Shown: positions 10,295 to 20,480, numbered from the stretch's first letter. The stretch: 64,000 bases of DNA from Erysipelotrichaceae bacterium (GCA_034168985.1 JAXFJE010000009.1:14816-78815); one strand, 5' to 3'. Notes: generated by a model from the letters alone, not told the origin. Program-made: numbers and translations.

Positions 10295-11268
10295 AAATAG
10301 GAATATTAGGTGCTAGTGGAGCGGTAGGACGGCAAATGATCGCTTGCTTAGAACAGCGCGAGATCGAAGTTGATGAACTTAGATTGATGGGCTTTGCAAG
10401 CGTGGGACAAAAAATATTATTTCAAGGCAAAGAACATACGATCGTTAAACCTTCTTTTGAGGGCTTGGATGTGGTGCTAGGGGCTACCTCAGCACAGGTA
10501 GCTAAGGAATATGTAAAAGCTATCAAGCATGCTAAGGCATTGTTTATCGATAATAGTTCAGCTTTTCGGCATGATGAAACAGTTCCTTTGGTCATTCCGC
10601 AGCTCAACGCGCAAGATATTGCTTACCACCAAGGTATAATCGCTAATCCAAATTGTTCAACGATCATCGCTTTGATGGCAATAAATGCGATCAGTAAGCT
10701 TAGTGAAATCGTCGGTGTTAATGCGGTAACCTATCAAGCAGTTAGTGGTGCAGGAGTGCAAGGTATTCAGGAATTAGCCGATGAGACACGGGAATATGTC
10801 AAAACTAAGCAAATATCGCGTCATCATACAATTTTTCCTTTTCCGATCTTATATAACTGTATCCCCCAAATTGGGGATATTAGTGATGATGGATACACAA
10901 GCGAAGAAATTAAGATGGAAAAAGAAGCCCGTAAGATCTTACACTTGCCCAAGCTTAAGGTTAATTGTACCTGCGTAAGGGTACCAGTGATGCGTTCTCA
11001 TTGCATTGCTTTAACGGTATATGCCAACCAAGAATTGGATCTTTTAGCAGTGGAAAAAGCCTTACAAGCTTCACCAGGAGTTGTTTATCTTAAAGATGAG
11101 CTACCAATGCCTTTAGTTGCCAGTGACAACGATGAAGTATATGTTGGCCGTTTACGGAAGGATCGTTTATTTCCGAATGGTATAACTTTATTTGTTTGTG
11201 GTGATCAAATTCGTAAAGGTGCTGCAACAAATGCTATTGAAATATTGGAGTGTTATACAAAGTTATGA
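10291..11268 (+). CDS. asd: Aspartate-semialdehyde dehydrogenase
   Basis: GASGAVGRQM, active-site NPNCSTI, and GDQIRKGAATNA. Confidence 0.9.
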   Translation: MKIGILGASGAVGRQMIACLEQREIEVDELRLMGFASVGQKILFQGKEHTIVKPSFEGLDVVLGATSAQVAKEYVKAIKHAKALFIDNSSAFRHDETVPLVIPQLNAQDIAYHQGIIANPNCSTIIALMAINAISKLSEIVGVNAVTYQAVSGAGVQGIQELADETREYVKTKQISRHHTIFPFPILYNCIPQIGDISDDGYTSEEIKMEKEARKILHLPKLKVNCTCVRVPVMRSHCIALTVYANQELDLLAVEKALQASPGVVYLKDELPMPLVASDNDEVYVGRLRKDRLFPNGITLFVCGDQIRKGAATNAIEILECYTKL

Positions 11269-11300
11269 TACAATAATTAAAATGGGAGAAGAGGTAGATT

Positions 11301-11792
11301 ATGAGAAAAAAAGGAATCATTTTATCCGTATTGGCCCTAGGTGGTGCAGTAGCATATATGTTAGTTAAAAACAAACAAAAACAAAATGAATATGAAGAAG
11401 TAACTTACGTTAGTATCCAAGATGATGAAGATGATGAAGAAGAGATATTCGATCAAAAAATTGAAGAACTTCATGAAATTTATCCGTATTTAAGCAAAAA
11501 ATTTATTAATGGTATCTATAAAGAACAAGAAAACTTTAATCAAAAATATCAAGGTAATATCAAATTAGAACATATCATCGTTTTTGATAGCGAAAATGAT
11601 GCTAATATCTTCTTGGATGTATGTGGTGATAATGCTTACGAAGTTGAAAAAGATGGTTTGAAAGTTCAGGTCAATAGTTATTTTGAAAATACTAACGGAC
11701 GTATCATGAGTGATATCCTAAGCATTGCTAATCAGGCTAATAGCTTGACAGGTAGCTATTTAGGTTATCGTATCGAGGTTGAAAAGATATAG
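11301..11792 (+). CDS. Membrane-anchored hypothetical protein
   Basis: One N-terminal TM helix, an acidic stretch DDEDDEEE, and RBS GGGAGAAGAGG. A terminator hairpin GGTTGAAA/TTTCAACC + T7 overlaps the stop. Confidence 0.45.
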   Translation: MRKKGIILSVLALGGAVAYMLVKNKQKQNEYEEVTYVSIQDDEDDEEEIFDQKIEELHEIYPYLSKKFINGIYKEQENFNQKYQGNIKLEHIIVFDSENDANIFLDVCGDNAYEVEKDGLKVQVNSYFENTNGRIMSDILSIANQANSLTGSYLGYRIEVEKI

Positions 11793-11852
11793 TTTCAACC
11801 TTTTTTTAATGAATGATTTATTATATAATTATTAGGCTATGGAGTGATGGAT

Positions 11853-12680
11853 ATGGAATGTATAAAGGTTAAAGAACTAGCTTATTCATATGATGGTGAG
11901 CATAATGCGGTAGATAAGGTTTCTTTCACGATTCAAAAAGGTAGTTATACCACGATCATTGGACATAATGGTAGTGGCAAAAGTACGATTGCAAAGCTTT
12001 TGATCGGCTTATTAGAAAAAAATCATGGTAGCGTTGAAATCGAGGGCATGGAACTAAATTTGGCGAATATCTATAAGATCAGAAATAAGGTCGGTATCGT
12101 CTTTCAAAATCCTGATAATCAGTTTATTGGTTCTACGGTAAGGGATGATATTGCTTTTGGGCTAGAAAACCATTGCGTAGCTCAACAAGATATGGATGAC
12201 ATCATTGAAAACTTTGCTCAAAAAGTTAATATGCAAGAGTTTTTAGATAGTGAACCAGGACATTTATCGGGCGGTCAAAAACAACGTGTGGCAATTGCTG
12301 GTGTCTTAGCCATGCATCCTGAAATCATCATTTTTGATGAATCTACGAGCATGTTAGATCCTCAAGGTAAAGATGAAATCAAAAAATTTATTTATCAATT
12401 ACATCAAGATAAACAATTAACCATCATTTCAATCACTCACGATATCGAAGAAGTGGCTAGTAGCGATGATGTTATCGTTATGAATGATGGCAAGATCGTA
12501 ATGCATGGGAAACCGGAAGACATCTTGCTGAACGATCAAAAATTGATCGATATCAAATTAGATGTGCCTTTTGGGGTAAAATTAAGCCTTGCTTTGGCTA
12601 AACAAGGTGTCAAGATCGATAAACAATTAAGCTTAGAAAAGGTGGTAGATGAAATATGCCAATTAAATTTGAAAAAGTAA
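11853..12680 (+). CDS. ecfA1: ECF transporter ATPase component 1
   Basis: Walker A GHNGSGKST, signature LSGGQKQR, Walker B IIIFDEST. The start could also be 11844 or 11847. Confidence 0.85.
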   Translation: MECIKVKELAYSYDGEHNAVDKVSFTIQKGSYTTIIGHNGSGKSTIAKLLIGLLEKNHGSVEIEGMELNLANIYKIRNKVGIVFQNPDNQFIGSTVRDDIAFGLENHCVAQQDMDDIIENFAQKVNMQEFLDSEPGHLSGGQKQRVAIAGVLAMHPEIIIFDESTSMLDPQGKDEIKKFIYQLHQDKQLTIISITHDIEEVASSDDVIVMNDGKIVMHGKPEDILLNDQKLIDIKLDVPFGVKLSLALAKQGVKIDKQLSLEKVVDEICQLNLKK

Positions 12681-13510
12681 GTCATATTTATAGCGATGGT
12701 TCGCCTTTTACCTACACAGCTTTAAAAAATATCGATCTAGAAATAAGTGAAGGGAAATTGACCGCGATCATTGGCGCTACGGGTAGTGGAAAGTCCACTT
12801 TGGTCCAACATTTAAATGCTTTATTGTTACCTAGTGATGGTAAGGTATATATCTTAGATCGTACGATTGCTAGTGATGAAAAACCAACTAAATTAAAGAG
12901 CTTGCGTAAAGATGTAGGTTTGGTCTTTCAGTTTCCAGAATACCAATTATTTGAAGAAACGATCATCAAAGATGTGGCTTTTGGTCCTAAAAACTTTGAT
13001 TGTAGCGAAGAAGAAGCGCTTATCAAAGCTAAAAAGGCATTGGCCATGGTTAATATCGATGCAAGTTTTTATGATAAAAGCCCCCTTGATCTAAGTGGCG
13101 GTCAAAAAAGAAGAGTGGCTATTGCCGGTATCTTGGCCATGGATCCTAAGATCATCGTTTTAGATGAGCCTACTGCTGGCTTAGATCCTCAAGGTGCCAA
13201 AGCTATGATGGAACTATTTCAGCGCTTGAATAAGCAATATCAAAAAACGATCATCATCGTTTCGCATGATATGGAACATGTCTTTAATTATTGTGATGAG
13301 GTAGTGGTCTTAGATCATGGCAATGTCCGCTGTCATTTGACAGTTGATGAGTTTTTTAAAGATACCAAATGGTGTGATGAGCTACACATCATTCCACCTT
13401 TTGTGATCCAAGCAAAAGAAATGCTAAAGGCCAAAGGTATCGATATAGCACATGATGTAAAAAATGTAGATGAATTAGCACAAGCGATTGCTAAGAAAGT
13501 GAGGAAATGA
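12656..13510 (+). CDS. ecfA2: ECF transporter ATPase component 2
   Basis: Walker A GATGSGKST, signature LSGGQKRR, Walker B IVLDEPTAGLD. Confidence 0.85.
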   Translation: MPIKFEKVSHIYSDGSPFTYTALKNIDLEISEGKLTAIIGATGSGKSTLVQHLNALLLPSDGKVYILDRTIASDEKPTKLKSLRKDVGLVFQFPEYQLFEETIIKDVAFGPKNFDCSEEEALIKAKKALAMVNIDASFYDKSPLDLSGGQKRRVAIAGILAMDPKIIVLDEPTAGLDPQGAKAMMELFQRLNKQYQKTIIIVSHDMEHVFNYCDEVVVLDHGNVRCHLTVDEFFKDTKWCDELHIIPPFVIQAKEMLKAKGIDIAHDVKNVDELAQAIAKKVRK

Positions 13511-14307
13511 TGGGGAGTTTTACATTAGGGAAATATTTACCACTTAATTCTATTATTCATAAATTAGATCCTCGCGCTAAGATCATCGCTATGTTGATGC
13601 TTTTGATCGCTATCTTCTTACCTGCTGGTTGGATAGGATATGCTTTGATAACGGTCTGCGTGGTTACTGTGATCTTTATGGCTAAATTGTCTTTAAAATT
13701 TGTTTTTAAAGCCATGAAGCCCATGATGTTCATGATGGTTTTCTTGCTAGTGATCAATATCTTGGTCGTAAAGACGGGAAATATCATCATTAGTTTGGGT
13801 AGTTTTGCAATTTATAGTGACGCTATTTTTCAAACTTTATACATCGTTGTACGTTTGATGTTGATGATCATGATCACAACAGCTTTAACTGCTACCACAA
13901 AACCTTTAGATCTAACGTTAGGAATCGAAGATCTGCTTAAGCCCTTAGTGCGCTTCAAAGTTCCAGCGCATGAAATTGCGATGTTGATAAGTATCGCTTT
14001 GCGATTTATTCCTGACTTGATCGAAGAAACGCAAAGGATCATGAAAGCTCAAACATCGCGTGGGGTTGATCTTAAGGAAGGTAAGTTAAAAGAAAAAATC
14101 ATGGCGATCTTATCTTTGATCGTACCATTATTTGTATCAGCTTTTCAGCGGGCGGAAGATCTGGCCAATGCAATGGAAGCAAGAGGCTATGCGCCAGGTG
14201 CCACAAGAACCAGATATAAAGTGCTAAAGATGAGCAAGAATGACTATGTACTTTTGGCAGCTAGTGCCTTGTTGTGTGTGGCTTTGATCATCATAACGAT
14301 CTTATGA
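13507..14307 (+). CDS. ecfT: ECF transporter transmembrane T component
   Basis: Polytopic membrane protein with ARGY and ALRFIP motifs. Sits in the conserved position after ecfA1A2. Confidence 0.85.
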   Translation: MMGSFTLGKYLPLNSIIHKLDPRAKIIAMLMLLIAIFLPAGWIGYALITVCVVTVIFMAKLSLKFVFKAMKPMMFMMVFLLVINILVVKTGNIIISLGSFAIYSDAIFQTLYIVVRLMLMIMITTALTATTKPLDLTLGIEDLLKPLVRFKVPAHEIAMLISIALRFIPDLIEETQRIMKAQTSRGVDLKEGKLKEKIMAILSLIVPLFVSAFQRAEDLANAMEARGYAPGATRTRYKVLKMSKNDYVLLAASALLCVALIIITIL

Positions 14308-15239
14308 TCAGATATAAATGTACTTTGATGTATGATGGTACCAATTACAATGGGTTTCAAACCCAAGTAAATGGCTCATCCATCCAGGAAGAAGTGGAAA
14401 AAGTTTTGACCAAGATCTGTGATCAACCAATCAAGATCGTAGCTTCAGGAAGAACAGATGCGAAAGTGCATGCTTATGGTCATGTGTTCCATTTTGATAC
14501 GGATAAAGAACTTAGCATCTATAAATTTAAATACGCTATAAATGGTTTATTACCTAAAGATATTCAAGTGTGTGATATGGAAGTAGTGGATGAATTATTT
14601 CATGCACGTTATTGTGTAGCTTCTAAACAATATGATTATCTAATCAATAATGGCCATTATGATGTATTTAAACGTAATTACAGCTGTTATGAAAAGTATC
14701 CTTTAGATATCGAATTGATGCAAGAAGCAAGCAAGATCTTTATTGGGGAACATGATTTTACTAGTTTTAACGCTAGCCCTTTAACTGAATTTCCTAACCA
14801 AGTTAGATATATTGAAAAGATCCTTTTAGAAAAACAAGATGATATGATCAAGATCAGCTTTATTGGGGAAGGTTTTTTGCGTTATATGGTAAGGATGCTA
14901 AGTGCTTGCTTGATTGAGGTAGGTAAGAAAAGATTAACAGTAGCTGATCTAAAGGGCATGATGGAAGCGAAAGATAAAAAGGCTGTGCGTTATAACGCTC
15001 CAGCACAAGGCTTGTATCTTCAAAATATTACTTATTTTAAGATGTATCATGATGGAAACAATTTCATTATCCGCGACAGTGTTGCAAAAGATGGGGCCAA
15101 TCTTCAAGGCTTGAAGATCATTGCTTCACGTCAAGATAATAAAGCGATCGGCTATATCGATAAAGATATTCATTGGCTAGTACAAGACGATGATTGCCTA
15201 GCTGAATGGCGAGAAATAACGGCAGCTAAAACACTTTGA
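14304..15239 (+). CDS. truA: tRNA pseudouridine(38-40) synthase with about 65-aa C-terminal extension
   Basis: Starts MIRYKCTLMYDGTNYNGFQ (ATGA overlap with the ecfT stop). The catalytic GRTDAKVHA motif is present. The extension follows APAQGLYLQNITYF. Confidence 0.85.
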   Translation: MIRYKCTLMYDGTNYNGFQTQVNGSSIQEEVEKVLTKICDQPIKIVASGRTDAKVHAYGHVFHFDTDKELSIYKFKYAINGLLPKDIQVCDMEVVDELFHARYCVASKQYDYLINNGHYDVFKRNYSCYEKYPLDIELMQEASKIFIGEHDFTSFNASPLTEFPNQVRYIEKILLEKQDDMIKISFIGEGFLRYMVRMLSACLIEVGKKRLTVADLKGMMEAKDKKAVRYNAPAQGLYLQNITYFKMYHDGNNFIIRDSVAKDGANLQGLKIIASRQDNKAIGYIDKDIHWLVQDDDCLAEWREITAAKTL

Positions 15240-15262
15240 TTGAAATTAAAGTGTTTTTTTAT
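15227..15262 (+). terminator. Terminator after truA
   Basis: AAACACTTT...AAAGTGTTT hairpin plus a T run. Confidence 0.7.
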
Positions 15263-15345
15263 TGGTGTAGCATAATTACTTCGATATATTGATGTTTATT
15301 ACAATTTCATTTAAGTGCAAAAGATCATGGATAGATGCCATGATT

Positions 15346-16240
15346 TTAAATATCGTGAACGCTATGATCTTGGGTGATCATAGTTTTTAATTGTTTTTGG
15401 TATTGTTTTGGCGTCAAATGTAATTTTTGCTTAAAATGGTTGATATAGTTACTGGATGATGGAAAGCCACAGCTTAAAGCAATGGCGGTGATATTTGTTT
15501 GTTTAGGTAATAGTTCTAAGCTTTTCTTAAGACGATAATCAATGAGATATTCGTAGGGAGAAGTTTGTAATAGTTGTTTAAATAGATAACCACAATGACC
15601 AATGCTGATATTAGCGTAGCTAGCGATCTCCCTTAAACCAATATTTTCATTATAGTGTTGATGAATATAGGCGATACATGCTTCTAAAGCTTTGTAACTT
15701 GAGTGTTTTGGTTGGTTGGCACAAAAAGAGAAATTTTGCAAAATCATAAGCATCATTTGTACCAAGATAACATTGATATGGTATTCTTTGCATGTAACGT
15801 TAGGTTTGAAGCAGATAGCGTTTAATTCATTTACTAGTTGAAGTTGCTCGTTATGAAAAAGATGATAAACAAAAGCTGAGTGTTCTAGCAGATCTTTGAT
15901 ATTGCGTGCCATTGGACTATTTGTGCCAAAGGTAACGAAGTTATCCGGAAAAAGGAAGCTTCGGTAATGAGCATTTTCTTGTACGATGATGGTGTGAAGC
16001 GTGGCTTTATTGATCAATACTGCTTCATTACAATGTAAGATGAGATTTTTTGAAGCATTTTGACTTCTACCACGCCATATAAAACATAAATTATTTGAAG
16101 ATCATTATGCCAATGTAGCTGCTGAAAATGCAGTCTAGGTGGTTGGCAATGTTGATAATTGACATCGATGGTCAAAAATGGAAAAGGACTATTGATAAGG
16201 GGGGGGCTTCATAAAGTTCATAGACATTTGTTTTTTGCAT
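15346..16240 (-). pseudogene. AraC-family regulator, disrupted by at least two frameshifts
   Basis: The C-terminal 223-aa ORF carries the AraC HTH (IGLREIASYANISIGHCGYLFKQ). The cupin-type N-terminus (MQKTNVYELYEAPP..HWHNDLQIIYVLYG) lies upstream in other frames. The frame breaks at a C8 run (16199-16206) and near an A6 run (about 16045). Confidence 0.6.
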
Positions 16241-16360
16241 ATTTACCTCATATATATAATCATTAGATGGATATTTCGTGATTTTTGCGATAAATATTGT
16301 GTAAAATTAGATATTATTATGATTATTTACTGATTAAAATATCAATTAGAGGAAATAGAT

Positions 16361-17301
16361 ATGAATAGTTTGGTCATAGCAATTAATGCGGTAGCTCCCT
16401 TTTTGATTTATTTGAGTTTTGGTTATCTTTTGATAAAAAGCAAATGCTGTGATGAGAGTTTCTTGCATCAGCTAAATAAATTTGTGCTTGCAGCATTGTT
16501 TCCCTTTACGATGTTTTATAATACCCACGATATTTCAATTAGTATTGGTTCTTGTGCAAAAGTTGTGAGGGCTTGTGTTTTGACACTGGCTTTCATAATA
16601 ATCGTAAGTTTTTTGGTAGTAACAAAAGTAGTTGGAGAAAATGCAAAAAAAGGGGTCATCATTCAAGCGCTATATCGCAGTTACATCGTATTATATGCGT
16701 TGCCTTTGGCGCAAAATTTATTTGGGGATATTGGCGCAGAACTAGCTTCGATAATCGTGGCGATATTTGTACCAATTTATAATGTTGTAGCAATCGTTGT
16801 ACTAGAATACTTTAATAAGAAAGATAAAGTAACGTTTAAGCTATTGATAATTAAAGTTTTGTGCAATCCTTTATTTCAAGGGGCTATGCTTGGAATCGTC
16901 TTTTCCCTGCTGAAAATAAAGTTACCATACAGCATAGAAGATACAATAAAAACGATTGCAGGCTTGACGACACCTTTAGTGTTGATAGTTTTAGGTGGTA
17001 CCACCAAATTAGCATCAATAAAAGAACATCTAGGATATTTATTGGTAACCTTGGGAGTTAAAATGATCTTGTTACCTATGATCATCGTGATGATTGGAAG
17101 ATATATCGGCTTAGCAAAAATAGAGTTGTTCATTTATTTTATCGTTTTTGCAACCCCAATAGCAGTTGCTCATATTCCATGGCTGAGAATATGGGTGGTG
17201 ATGGTAAGTTAGCAGGGGAGTTTGTGAGCCTTAGTACTGTTCTTTCGATATTAACATTATTTGGATGGATATTTTCGTTAACAAATTTAGGGTGGATATA
17301 A
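16361..17301 (+). pseudogene. Auxin-efflux-carrier (AEC) family permease with frameshift near the 3' end
   Basis: The 283-aa ORF stops at 17212. The conserved C-terminus (..MAENMGGDGKLAGEFVSLSTVLSILTLFGWI) continues in another frame to TAA at 17299-17301. This could be a true frameshift or a sequencing error. Confidence 0.55.
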
Positions 17302-17438
17302 CATTTAAAAGGAAGGTTATTTTTTGAAAAAAGCGAATTATAAACGTGAAAAAAGTATCATAAAAAATAGCTGCTGCTCAAGCAATAAAAATCAGCTAAA
17401 ATAAGTACTTTTTAGCTTAAAAATATAATGAAATATGC

Positions 17439-17530
17439 TTGACTAAAATAAACAATTATGAGAAAATTGTACACGGCAACTTATGCCAAATGTAGCCCCG
17501 GAAACTACATTGGTTAAGGAGGAAAAATAA
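17439..17530 (+). promoter_or_regulatory. rplM promoter and 5' leader hairpin (possible L13 leader)
   Basis: TTGACT at 17439-17444, a 17-nt spacer, then GAAAAT. The leader holds an ATGTAG...CTACAT hairpin just before RBS AAGGAGG. Confidence 0.35.
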
Positions 17531-17968
17531 ATGCGTCAAACAACGATGGCAAAACCAAGTGAAGTTGTTCGTCAATGGTATGTTGTTGATGGAACAGGAT
17601 GTACATTAGGACGTCTTGCTACAGAAGTAGCTACAGTATTAAGAGGTAAACATAAACCAACTTATACACCTAATGTTGATTGCGGTGATTATGTAATTAT
17701 TATCAATGCTGATAAGATTCAAGTTACAGGTGATCAAGTTAACAAAAAGAATTACTACAGTCACTCAATGTATCCAGGTGGATTACGTACAAGATCTACA
17801 GGTGTTATGAGAACTCAATACACAGTTGAATGGGTTGAAAAAGCTGTTCACGGTATGCTTCCTCATACTCGTTTAGGTAACGTAATGCGTACACATTTAT
17901 TTGTTTACACTGGTAGTGAACATCCACATGCAGCTCAAAAACCAGTTGAGTTGAAAATTAAAGGTTAG
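17531..17968 (+). CDS. rplM: 50S ribosomal protein L13
   Basis: WYVVDGTGCTLGRLATEVATVLRGKHKPTYTP is classic L13. Confidence 0.95.
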   Translation: MRQTTMAKPSEVVRQWYVVDGTGCTLGRLATEVATVLRGKHKPTYTPNVDCGDYVIIINADKIQVTGDQVNKKNYYSHSMYPGGLRTRSTGVMRTQYTVEWVEKAVHGMLPHTRLGNVMRTHLFVYTGSEHPHAAQKPVELKIKG

Positions 17969-17982
17969 AAAGGTAGAGCAAT

Positions 17983-18390
17983 ATGGCAGGTAAAAAGAAA
18001 ACAAATGTAACTTACGTCGGAACAGGTCGTCGTAAATCTTCAGTTGCTCGTGTCTTTATGACTACAGGAACTGGTGTAATTACTGTAAACGGTAAGAGCT
18101 TAGAAGAATATCTTCCATTAGCAACATTGCGTATGGAAGTTATGGCACCACTTGAATTAACTGAAACTGCAAGCCAATTTGATATCAAGATCAATGTTTG
18201 CGGTGGTGGTACAACTGGTCAAGCAGGTGCAATGAGACATGGTATTTCTCGTGCTTTATTAGAAGCAAGTGCTGACTATCGTCCAGCATTAAAAGCAGCA
18301 GGATTCTTAACAAGAGATTCTCGTGCTAAAGAACGTAAGAAATACGGTTTAAAAGGTGCAAGAAGAGCTCCTCAATTCTCAAAACGTTAA
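17983..18390 (+). CDS. rpsI: 30S ribosomal protein S9
   Basis: [12 protein letters not shown]...[25 protein letters not shown] is classic S9. Confidence 0.95.
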   Translation: MAGKKKTNVTYVGTGRRKSSVARVFMTTGTGVITVNGKSLEEYLPLATLRMEVMAPLELTETASQFDIKINVCGGGTTGQAGAMRHGISRALLEASADYRPALKAAGFLTRDSRAKERKKYGLKGARRAPQFSKR

Positions 18391-18425
18391 TCGAAAGATT
18401 CAACTATTATCGAGAAGTATCAAGG
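18365..18425 (+). repeat. rpsI 3'-end repeat, copy A (the functional gene end; att-like)
   Basis: GAGCTC..TCAAAACGTTAATCGAAAGATTCAACtATTATCGAGAAGTATCAaGG. It recurs at 23449-23500 and, shortened, at 25634-25664. Confidence 0.8.
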
Positions 18426-18656
18426 CATTCCTTTATGGGATGTCTTTTTATTTTTGATATAAGAAAAGATGATTCGTATGAATCATCTTAATTAATTATA
18501 TTTAACATTTTATAAAACTCACAATCTCCAACGATTATGTAGGAAAATTGGATTCTCAATAGTAAACCCAATATTTTCATAACAATGTATTACATAGTTG
18601 TTCCATATTTTTACTTTTAAATGAACTGAGTTGTATACGGCGGATAAAATATTTCA

Positions 18657-19844
18657 TTACTTGTTAAGTAACCATCGTGCAATATCAATTATTTTAACTC
18701 CTTCAGTGTGTGTTTGGTCATGTTTTGTTCTTGCAATAATTATTTTTGGATAAGCATCTTTTATCGAAAGTAAAGGTGTAATTTCTCTATCGAATGTTTC
18801 TTTTTTTGAAATATCATCTGAAACCTGAATATATGTCTTTTCTCCGTTTTTAATTGCAACAAAATCTATTTCCTTTTTATACAGTTGCCCTACATATATT
18901 TCATATCCTCTTCGCAATAATTCTATTGCTACAATGTTTTCGTATAAATGTCCGTAATCTGTATCTTTTGAACCAATAAGTGCATATCTAAACGATGTAT
19001 CGGCAAGATAATACTTCATTTCTGATTCTAAGTATTTCTTACCTTTAATATCATATCTTCTTATAGGATAAAAAAGATAGCATCTACACAAGTAATCTAA
19101 ATAAGTACCTACCGTTTTATCATTTGTTTTGTAAGTGCTGTTAGTTAACTTGTTTGCAATATTTCTAATTGAAGCTCTTTCTCCAACTGTATAAGATAAA
19201 TAGTCTACAATTTTATTAAGCAACACCTCGTCTTTAATGTTGTATTTTTCAATGATATCTTTAACTACTGTGCTTCTTACAATCTCTAATTGATATTTTC
19301 TTTTATCTTCAATGGATCTATAAAGATAAGAACCTGCCATACCGCCTTCGTTTACGAAACGATCAAAGCTATCATCTATATTTTTATCTGGATAATATAA
19401 AAGATACTCATTAAAAGAAAACGGATAAAGACTAATTTCAAATACTCTTCCTCTAAATAAAGTCGCTAAATCACTTGATAATAGAAAAGCATTAGAACCA
19501 GTTAAGTAAATATCAAAGCGTTCTTCTTCGTGCAAGCTGTTAATCGTTTCTTCAAAACCGTTGCACATTTGAATTTCATCTATAAGTAAATAATTATTTT
19601 TATTACATTGATATTGAGAATCTATATACTCATATAATGCGTTTTCATTACGTAGTTTTTCAAATTTTTTTAAATGTAGTGGAATGCGGATGATATTATT
19701 GCTATCTTCAACTAATTTTTCAGAAAATGCATCTAATAGTTTTGATTTGCCACATCTTCTTATTCCGGTGATTACCTTAATATCAGGTATATCTTTAACA
19801 TTTATTAATTTATTTAGATAAAATTCGCGTTCTATTAATTTCAT
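18657..19844 (-). CDS. AAA ATPase with DUF4143-type C-terminal domain
   Basis: Start at MKLIEREFYL with RBS AGGAGGTG. Walker A GIRRCGKSKL, Walker B LLIDEIQ. The overall pattern matches the AAA_14/DUF4143 family and is paralogous to 24249-25517. Confidence 0.7.
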   Translation of the reverse strand: MKLIEREFYLNKLINVKDIPDIKVITGIRRCGKSKLLDAFSEKLVEDSNNIIRIPLHLKKFEKLRNENALYEYIDSQYQCNKNNYLLIDEIQMCNGFEETINSLHEEERFDIYLTGSNAFLLSSDLATLFRGRVFEISLYPFSFNEYLLYYPDKNIDDSFDRFVNEGGMAGSYLYRSIEDKRKYQLEIVRSTVVKDIIEKYNIKDEVLLNKIVDYLSYTVGERASIRNIANKLTNSTYKTNDKTVGTYLDYLCRCYLFYPIRRYDIKGKKYLESEMKYYLADTSFRYALIGSKDTDYGHLYENIVAIELLRRGYEIYVGQLYKKEIDFVAIKNGEKTYIQVSDDISKKETFDREITPLLSIKDAYPKIIIARTKHDQTHTEGVKIIDIARWLLNK

Positions 19845-20066
19845 GATATCACCTCCTAAAACAATGATATCATTTCGCAAAAATGAATTCAATTCAAAAA
19901 TGCGAAACAAAATATTGGCGTTAAATACAAGTTAATTCAATTAGCTTCGTAAAGTAACAAAAAAATTATGTTCAAAATATGCGATAAATAAAGTATACTT
20001 TATAGCACATATTCTCATTTAATTAACAAAACGTTAATTTATTCGTTTATTCAGAGAAATGCAAAG

Positions 20067-20124
20067 AAACTCAAATCAACAAAAGTCGCTATTTATCGGC
20101 TTTTACTCGATTTGAGTTTTTTTT
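20067..20124 (+). terminator. Orphan compound hairpin plus T-run in an ORF-poor stretch
   Basis: Outer arms AAACTCAAATC/GATTTGAGTTT, inner arms AAAGTCG/CGGCTTT, then T8. No convincing gene lies upstream. Confidence 0.4.
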
Positions 20125-20480
20125 GTATATTTGTAAATTAAAAACGGTATGCAACAATATTCTCACCTCAAATTCTCATATATGCAGCAAACTATCATAT
20201 ATCAATCCAATTCTTGTCCTGCTCTTGGGACTTCGAGGCTCAACCGAAATGGTTTGTATTTATCCATCTGTATATCGCCTTATTTATTCAACAGAAAGCA
20301 AGACAATTTCAAGGAAAAACATGCTCACTTCGTTCTTGATATTGTCTTTTGAGCTTTCTGTTTTATTTTTCTTGGCGATATACGAAATGGATAAAAAATA
20401 GAACCATTAAGTATAATTTTATGTAAAAATAGCTATAATAAGAGTATATATAAATATATATAAATAAATCGATAAATTTA

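Noticed and set aside
20123-20401. 92-aa and 67-aa overlapping ORFs in the island
   Set aside because: There is no RBS, the composition is odd, and the two ORFs overlap each other in different frames. They are more likely non-coding.
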